From a virus (lineage: Duplodnaviria; Heunggongvirae; Uroviricota; Caudoviricetes): a stretch of 35,960 nt of DNA. The position numbers were made by a program, and so were the translations under genes. The number at the start of each line of letters is the position of its first letter. Within the stretch, counting starts at the first letter, position 1. Of the stretch, positions 30,208 to 35,960 are shown one piece after another. The notes under the pieces are model-generated. The model was not told the DNA's origin, did not search any database, and saw only the letters and a list, made by a program, of their open reading frames with translations. The stretch is taken from IMG/VR virus record IMGVR_UViG_2541047842_000004. One strand, 5' to 3'.

Positions 30208-30630
30208 ATGTTCCTGAAAACCGAATCATTTGAACATAACGGTGTGACCGTCACGCTTTCTGAACTGTCAGCCCTGCAGCGTATTGAGCATCTCGCCCTG
30301 ATGAAACGGCAGGCAGAACAGGCGGAGTCAGACAGCAACCGGAAGTTTACTGTGGAAGACGCCATCAGAACCGGCGCGTTTCTGGTGGCGATGTCCCTGT
30401 GGCATAACCATCCGAAGAAGACAAAGCTGCCTTCCATGAATGAAGCCGTTAAACAGATTGAGCAGGAAGTGCTTACCACCTGGCCCACAGAGGCAATTTC
30501 TCATGCTGAAAACGTGGTGTACCGGCTGTCCGGTATGTATGAGTTTGTGGTGAATGATGCCCCTGAACAGGCAGAGGACGCCGGGTCTGCAGAGCCTGTT
30601 TCTGCGGGAAAGTGTTCGACGGTGAGCTGA
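30208..30630 (+). CDS. G: Tail assembly chaperone G
   Basis: 140-aa product MFLKTESFEHNGVTVTLSELSALQRIEHLALMKRQAEQAESDSNRKFTVEDAI... matches lambda gpG. Confidence 0.95.
   Translation: MFLKTESFEHNGVTVTLSELSALQRIEHLALMKRQAEQAESDSNRKFTVEDAIRTGAFLVAMSLWHNHPKKTKLPSMNEAVKQIEQEVLTTWPTEAISHAENVVYRLSGMYEFVVNDAPEQAEDAGSAEPVSAGKCSTVS
30606..30612 (+). promoter_or_regulatory. Programmed -1 ribosomal frameshift slippery heptamer G GGA AAG (G to G-T fusion)
   Basis: gggaaag sits in the X XXY YYZ register of the G frame, 6 codons before the G stop; the T frame is the -1 frame and stays open to 31046. Confidence 0.8.
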
Positions 30631-31046
30631 GTTTTGCCCTGAAACTGGCGCGTGAGATGGGGCGACCTGACTGGCGCGCCATGCTTGCCGGGATGTCATC
30701 CACAGAGTATGCCGACTGGCACCGCTTTTACAGTACCCATTATTTTCATGATGTTCTGCTGGATATGCACTTTTCCGGGCTGACGTACACCGTGCTCAGC
30801 CTGTTTTTCAGCGATCCGGATATGCATCCGCTGGATTTCAGTCTGCTGAACCGGCGTGAGGCTGACGAAGAGCCTGAAGATGATGTGCTGATGCAGAAAG
30901 CGGCAGGGCTTGCCGGAGGCGTCCGCTTTGCCCCGGACGGAAATGAAGTTATCCCCGCTTCCCCGGATATGGCGGGCATGACGGAGGATGACGTAATGCT
31001 GATGACAGTATCAGAAGGGATCGCAGGAGGAGTCCGGTATGGCTGA
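30612..31046 (+). CDS. T: T portion of the tail assembly chaperone G-T frameshift fusion
   Basis: Open -1 frame following the slippery site (…FDGELSFALKLAREMGRPDWRAMLAGMSSTEYADWHRFYSTHYFHDVLLDM…), matching lambda gpT; no independent initiation expected. Confidence 0.8.
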   Translation: MFDGELSFALKLAREMGRPDWRAMLAGMSSTEYADWHRFYSTHYFHDVLLDMHFSGLTYTVLSLFFSDPDMHPLDFSLLNRREADEEPEDDVLMQKAAGLAGGVRFAPDGNEVIPASPDMAGMTEDDVMLMTVSEGIAGGVRYG

Positions 31047-33618
31047 ACCGGTAGGCGATCTGGTCGTTGATTTAAGTCTGGATGCGGCCAGATTTGACGA
31101 GCAGATGGCCAGAGTCAGGCGTCATTTTTCCGGTACGGAAAGTGATGCGAAAAAAACAGCGGCAGTCGTTGAACAGTCGCTGAGCCGACAGGCGCTGGCT
31201 GCACAGAAAGCGGGGATTTCCGTCGGGCAGTATAAAGCTGCCATGCGTATGCTGCCTGCGCAGTTCACTGACGTGGCCACGCAGCTTGCAGGCGGGCAAA
31301 GTCCGTGGCTGATCCTGCTGCAACAGGGTGGTCAGGTGAAGGACTCCTTCGGCGGGATGATCCCCATGTTCAGGGGGCTTGCCGGTGCGATCACCCTGCC
31401 GATGGTCGGGGCCACCTCGCTGGCGGTGGCGACCGGTGCGCTGGCGTATGCCTGGTATCAGGGCAACTCAACCCTGTCCGATTTCAATAAAACGCTGGTC
31501 CTTTCCGGTAATCAGGCGGGACTGACGGCAGATCGTATGCTGGCCCTGTCCAGATCCGGGCAGGCGGCAGGGCTGACGTTTAACCAGACCAGCGAGTCAC
31601 TGACGGCGCTGGTGAATGCCGGTGTGCGTGGTGGTGAGCAGTTTGAGGCAATCAGCCAGAGTGTGGCGCGTTTCTCCTCTGCATCCGGCGTGGAGGTGGA
31701 CAAGGTCGCTGAAGCCTTCGGGAAGCTGACCACTGACCCGACGTCTGGGTTGACGGCGATGGCGCGCCAGTTCCATAACGTGACGGCGGAACAGATTGCG
31801 TATGTTGCTCAGTTGCAGCGTTCCGGCGATGGGGCCGGGGCATTGCAGGCGGCGAACGAGGCCGCAACGAAAGGGTTTGATGACCAGACCCGTAAACTGA
31901 AAGATAACATGGGTACGCTGGAGACCTGGGCAGACAAGACTGCACAGGCATTCAAATCCATGTGGGATGCGGTGCTGGATATTGGTCGCCCGGACTCCTC
32001 TGCAGATATGCTCGCCAAAGCTGAAAAGGCTTTTGATGAAGCGGATAAAAAATGGCAGTGGTATCAGAGCCGAAGCCACCGGCGCGGTAAAACGTCAGCA
32101 TTTCTTGCCAATCTCCGGGGGGCATGGGAGAAGAGAGAGAATGCGCGACTTGGGCTTTCAGCCGCCACGTTGCAGGCAGATCTTGAAAAGGCCAGTGAGA
32201 TGGCAGCAAAAGATCGGGCCGAGTCTGAGGCATCACGGCTGAAATATACCGAAGAGGCGCAGAAGGCTTACGAACGCCTGCAGACACCGCTGGAGAAATA
32301 TACCGCCCGCCAGGAGGAACTGAATAAGGCACTGAAAGACGGAAAAATCCTGCAGGCAGATTACAACACGCTGATGGCGGCGGCGAAAAAGGACTATGAA
32401 GCGACGCTGAAAAAGCCGAAGCAGTCCGGCGTGAAAGTGTCTGCGGGCGATCGTCAGGAAGACAGTGCTCATGCTGCCCTGCTGACGCTTCAGGCAGAAC
32501 TCCGGACACTGGAGAAGCATGCCGGAGCGAATGAGAAAATCAGCCAGCAGCGCCGGGATTTGTGGAAGGCGGAAAGTCAGTTCGCGGTACTGGAGGAGGC
32601 GGCGCAACGTCGCCAGCTGTCCGCACAGGAGAAATCCCTGCTGGCGCATAAAGATGAGACGCTGGAGTACAAACGCCAGCTGGCTGCACTTGGCGATAAG
32701 GTCACGTATCAGGAGCACCTGAACGCGCTGGCGCAGCAGGCGGATAAATTCGCACAGCAGCAACGGGCAAAACGGGCAGCCATTGAGGCGAAAAACCGGG
32801 GGCTGACTGACCGGCAGGCAGCGCGGGACGCCACGGAACAGCGCCTGAAGGAACAGTATGGCGATAATCCGCTGGCGCTGAATAGCGTCATGTCAGAGCA
32901 GAAAAAGACCTGGGCGGCTGAAGACCAGCTTCGCGGGAGCTGGATGGCAGGCCTCAGGTCAGGCTGGAGTGAGTGGGAAGAGAGCGCCACGGACAGTATG
33001 TCGCAGGTTAAAAGTGCAGCCACGCAGACCTTTGATGGTATTGCACAGAATATGGCGGCGATGCTGACCGGCAGTGAACAGAACTGGCGCAGCTTCACCC
33101 GTTCCGTGCTGTCCATGATGACAGAAATTCTGCTTAAGCAGGCAATGGTGGGGATTGTCGGGAGTATCGGCAGCGCCATTGGAGGTGCTACCGGTGGCGG
33201 CTCATCAGCGTCAGGTGGTGCAGCCATTCAGGCCGCTGCGGCGAAACTCCATTTTGCGACCGGAGGATTTACGGGAACCGGCGGCAAATATGAGCCAGCA
33301 GGGATTGTTCACCGTGGTGAATTTGTCTTCACGAAGGAGGCAACCAGCCGGATTGGCGTGGGGAATCTTTACCGGCTGATGCGCGGCTATGCCACCGGCG
33401 GTTATGTCGGTACACCGGGCAGCATGGCGGACAGTCGGTCGCAGGCGTCCGGGAAGTTTGAGCAGAATAACCATGTGGTGATTAACAACGACGGCACGAA
33501 CGGTCAGATAGGGCCACAGGCGCTGAAGGCGGTTTATGACGTAGCCCGTAAGGCGGCAATGGATGTTGTGACCGGGCAGATGCGTGATGGTGGTCTGTTC
33601 TCCGGAGGTGGACGATGA
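31039..33618 (+). CDS. H: Tail tape measure protein H
   Basis: 859-aa product MAEPVGDLVVDLSLDAARFDEQMARVRRHFSGTESDAKKTAAVVEQSLSRQALAAQKAG... matches lambda gpH; Ala/Gln-rich coiled-coil and C-terminal Gly-rich region. Confidence 0.97.
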   Translation: MAEPVGDLVVDLSLDAARFDEQMARVRRHFSGTESDAKKTAAVVEQSLSRQALAAQKAGISVGQYKAAMRMLPAQFTDVATQLAGGQSPWLILLQQGGQVKDSFGGMIPMFRGLAGAITLPMVGATSLAVATGALAYAWYQGNSTLSDFNKTLVLSGNQAGLTADRMLALSRSGQAAGLTFNQTSESLTALVNAGVRGGEQFEAISQSVARFSSASGVEVDKVAEAFGKLTTDPTSGLTAMARQFHNVTAEQIAYVAQLQRSGDGAGALQAANEAATKGFDDQTRKLKDNMGTLETWADKTAQAFKSMWDAVLDIGRPDSSADMLAKAEKAFDEADKKWQWYQSRSHRRGKTSAFLANLRGAWEKRENARLGLSAATLQADLEKASEMAAKDRAESEASRLKYTEEAQKAYERLQTPLEKYTARQEELNKALKDGKILQADYNTLMAAAKKDYEATLKKPKQSGVKVSAGDRQEDSAHAALLTLQAELRTLEKHAGANEKISQQRRDLWKAESQFAVLEEAAQRRQLSAQEKSLLAHKDETLEYKRQLAALGDKVTYQEHLNALAQQADKFAQQQRAKRAAIEAKNRGLTDRQAARDATEQRLKEQYGDNPLALNSVMSEQKKTWAAEDQLRGSWMAGLRSGWSEWEESATDSMSQVKSAATQTFDGIAQNMAAMLTGSEQNWRSFTRSVLSMMTEILLKQAMVGIVGSIGSAIGGATGGGSSASGGAAIQAAAAKLHFATGGFTGTGGKYEPAGIVHRGEFVFTKEATSRIGVGNLYRLMRGYATGGYVGTPGSMADSRSQASGKFEQNNHVVINNDGTNGQIGPQALKAVYDVARKAAMDVVTGQMRDGGLFSGGGR

Positions 33619-33944
33619 AAACCTTCCGCTGGAAAGTGAAACCGGGTATGGATGTGGCTTCGACTCCTTCCGTCAGGGAGGTGCGCTTTGGTGATGGCTA
33701 TTCCCAGCGAGCGCCTGCCGGGCTGAATGCCAACCTGAAAACGTACAGCGTGACGATTTCTGTCCCCCGTTGGGAGGCCACGGCGCTGGAATCGTTTCTG
33801 GCAGAGCACGGAGGCTGGAAAGCCTTTCTGTGGACGCCGCCTTATGACTGGCGGCAGATAAAGGTGACCTGCGCAAAATGGACGTCGCGGGTCAGTATGC
33901 TGCGTGTTGAGTTCAGCGCAGAGTTTAAACAGGTGGTGAACTGA
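33615..33944 (+). CDS. M: Tail tip protein M
   Basis: 109-aa product MKTFRWKVKPGMDVASTPSVREVRFGDGYSQRAPAGLNANLKTYSVTISVPRWEAT... matches lambda gpM. Confidence 0.95.
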   Translation: MKTFRWKVKPGMDVASTPSVREVRFGDGYSQRAPAGLNANLKTYSVTISVPRWEATALESFLAEHGGWKAFLWTPPYDWRQIKVTCAKWTSRVSMLRVEFSAEFKQVVN

Positions 33945-34642
33945 TGCAGGATATCCGGCAGGAAACACTGAATGAATGCACCCGTGCGGAGCAGTCGGCC
34001 AGCGTGGTGCTCTGGGAAATCGATCTGACAGAGGTCGGTGGTGAACGTTATTTTTTCTGTAATGAGCAGAACGAAAAAGGTGAGCCTGTCACCTGGCAGG
34101 GGCGGCAGTATCTGGCGTATCCCATTCAGGGGAGTGGTTTTGAACTGAATGGCAAAGGCACCAGTACGCGCCCCACGCTGGCAGTCTCTAACCTGTACGG
34201 CATGGTCACCGGGATGGCGGAAGACCTGCAGAGTCTGGTCGGCGGAACGGTGGTCAGGCGTAAGGTTTACGCCCGTTTTCTGGATGCGGTGAACTTCGTC
34301 AACGGAAACAGCGATGCCGATCCGGAGCAGGAGGTGATCAGCCGCTGGCGCATCGAGCAGTGCAGCGAACTGAGCGCGGTAAGTGCCTCCTTTGTACTGT
34401 CCACGCCGACGGAAACGGATGGTGCTGTTTTTCCGGGGCGCATCATGCTGGCCAACACCTGTACCTGGACCTATCGCGGTGATGAGTGCGGTTATAGCGG
34501 TCCGGCGGTCGCGGATGAATATGACCAGCCGACGTCCGATATCACGAAGGATAAATGCAGCAAATGCCTGAGTGGCTGTAAGTTTCGCAATAATGTCGGC
34601 AACTTTGGCGGCTTCCTTTCCATTAACAAACTTTCGCAGTAA
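33944..34642 (+). CDS. L: Tail tip protein L
   Basis: 232-aa product MQDIRQETLNECTRAEQSASVVLWEIDLTEVGGERYFFCNEQNEKGEPVTWQG... matches lambda gpL, including the C-terminal Cys cluster. Confidence 0.95.
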   Translation: MQDIRQETLNECTRAEQSASVVLWEIDLTEVGGERYFFCNEQNEKGEPVTWQGRQYLAYPIQGSGFELNGKGTSTRPTLAVSNLYGMVTGMAEDLQSLVGGTVVRRKVYARFLDAVNFVNGNSDADPEQEVISRWRIEQCSELSAVSASFVLSTPTETDGAVFPGRIMLANTCTWTYRGDECGYSGPAVADEYDQPTSDITKDKCSKCLSGCKFRNNVGNFGGFLSINKLSQ

Positions 34643-34647
34643 ATCCC

Positions 34648-35391
34648 ATGACAGAGACAGAATCAGCGATTCTGGCGCACGCCCGGCGATGTGCGCCAGC
34701 GGAGTCGTGCGGCTTCGTGGTGAGAACGCCGGAGGGGGAAAGATATTTTCCCTGCGTGAATATCTCCGGTGAGCCGGAGGATTATTTCCGGATGTCGCCG
34801 GAGGACTGGCTGCAGGCAGAGATGCAGGGTGAGATTGTGGCGCTGGTCCACAGTCATCCCGGTGGTCTGCCCTGGCTGAGTGAGGCCGACCGGCGGCTGC
34901 AGGTGCAGAGTGATTTGCCGTGGTGGCTGGTCTGCCGGGGGGCGATTCACAAGTTCCGCTGTGTGCCGCATCTCACCGGGCGGCGCTTTGAGCACGGGGT
35001 GACGGACTGTTACACGCTGTTCCGGGACGCTTACCATCTGGCGGGGATTGAGATGCCGGATTTTACGCGGGAGGATGACTGGTGGCGTCACGGTCAGAAT
35101 CTCTATCTGGATAATCTGGAGGCAACGGGGCTGTATCAGGTGCCGTTGTCAGCGGCGCAGCCGGGCGATGTGCTGCTGTGCTGCTTTGGTTCATCGGTGC
35201 CGAATCATGCCGCTATTTACTGTGGTGACGGCGAGCTGCTGCACCATATTCCTGAACAACTGAGCAAACGAGAGAGGTATACCGACAAATGGCAGCGACG
35301 CACACACTCCCTCTGGCGTCACCGGGCATGGCACGCATCTGCCTTTACGGGGATTTGCAACGATTTGGCCGCCGCATCGATCTTCGTGTGA
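34648..35391 (+). CDS. K: Tail tip assembly protein K (JAB/MPN plus NlpC/P60-like domains); a shorter product could start at the internal Met at 34792
   Basis: 247-aa ORF MTETESAILAHARRCAPAESCGFVVRTPEGERYFPCVNISGEPEDYFRMSPEDWLQAEMQGEIVALVHSHPGG... matching lambda gpK; HSHPGG-type JAB motif present. Confidence 0.9.
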   Translation: MTETESAILAHARRCAPAESCGFVVRTPEGERYFPCVNISGEPEDYFRMSPEDWLQAEMQGEIVALVHSHPGGLPWLSEADRRLQVQSDLPWWLVCRGAIHKFRCVPHLTGRRFEHGVTDCYTLFRDAYHLAGIEMPDFTREDDWWRHGQNLYLDNLEATGLYQVPLSAAQPGDVLLCCFGSSVPNHAAIYCGDGELLHHIPEQLSKRERYTDKWQRRTHSLWRHRAWHASAFTGICNDLAAASIFV

Positions 35392-35960
35392 AAACGGGGG
35401 CTGAAGCTATCCGGGCGCTGGCCACACAGCTCCCGGCGTTTCGTCAGAAACTGAGCGACGGCTGGTATCAGGTACGGATTGCCGGGCGGGACGTCAGCAC
35501 GTCCGGGTTAACGGCGCAGTTACATGAGACTCTGCCTGATGGCGCTGTGATTCATATTGTTCCCAGAGTCGCCGGGGCCAAGTCAGGTGGCGTATTCCAG
35601 GTTGTCCTGGGGGCTGCCGCCATTGCCGGATCATTCTTTACCGCCGGAGCCACCCTTGCAGCATGGGGGGCAGCCATTGGGGCCGGTGGTATGACCGGCA
35701 TCCTGTTTTCTCTCGGTGCCAGTATGGTGCTCGGTGGTGTGGCGCAGATGCTGGCACCGAAAGCCAGAACTCCCCGTACACAGACAACGGATAACGGCAA
35801 ACAGAACACCTATTTCTCCTCACTGGATAACATGGTTGCCCAGGGCAATGTTCTGCCGGTTCTGTACGGTGAAATGCGCGTGGGGTCACGCGTGGTTTCT
35901 CAGGAGATCAGCACGGCAGACGAAGGGGATGGTGGTCAGGTTGTGGTGATTGGTCGCTGA
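35289..35960 (+). CDS. I: Tail tip assembly protein I
   Basis: 223-aa ORF MAATHTLPLASPGMARICLYGDLQRFGRRIDLRVKTGAEAIRALATQLPAFRQKLSDGWYQ... matching lambda gpI; overlaps the K 3' end by 103 nt as in lambda; stop codon is the last three bases of the window. Confidence 0.9.
   Translation: MAATHTLPLASPGMARICLYGDLQRFGRRIDLRVKTGAEAIRALATQLPAFRQKLSDGWYQVRIAGRDVSTSGLTAQLHETLPDGAVIHIVPRVAGAKSGGVFQVVLGAAAIAGSFFTAGATLAAWGAAIGAGGMTGILFSLGASMVLGGVAQMLAPKARTPRTQTTDNGKQNTYFSSLDNMVAQGNVLPVLYGEMRVGSRVVSQEISTADEGDGGQVVVIGR

Overview
This window is almost entirely one integrated lambdoid prophage, running from the 3' end of its integrase to the end of tail gene I; attL should lie just left of position 1 and J just right of the end. 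Identifications rest on my recollection of phage lambda, P22, phage 21 and E. coli cryptic-prophage proteins and on motifs read directly from the sequence; no database search, alignment or GC computation was run. The prophage is a mosaic. Several blocks look essentially lambda-identical: orf63-orf60a-exo-bet-gam-kil-cIII-ea10, sieB, the 3' end of cII through O (with ori iterons), P, ren and ninB, and cos-nu1-A-W-B-C/nu3-D-E-FI-FII-Z-U-V-G/T-H-M-L-K-I. Other blocks are not lambda: int/xis, a P22-type N with P22-type nutL/nutR boxB hairpins, a different cI/cro, a nin region carrying a Dam-like methyltransferase, rusA and a phage-82/DLP12-type Q, and a phage-21-type pinholin/SAR-endolysin lysis cassette. 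An IS5 element (1195 bp, TTAG target duplication) sits in the 3' end of sieB inside the leftward pL operon. The strongest candidate for an undescribed system is an AT-rich 299-aa single-pass membrane protein (8113..9012, minus strand) directly downstream of cI, in the slot lambda uses for rexA/rexB; I could not match it to any protein I know. A second accessory island lies between Q/tR' and the holin (lipocalin, DUF523-DUF1722 protein, AraC-family regulator). No CRISPR array, tRNA or toxin gene was recognised.
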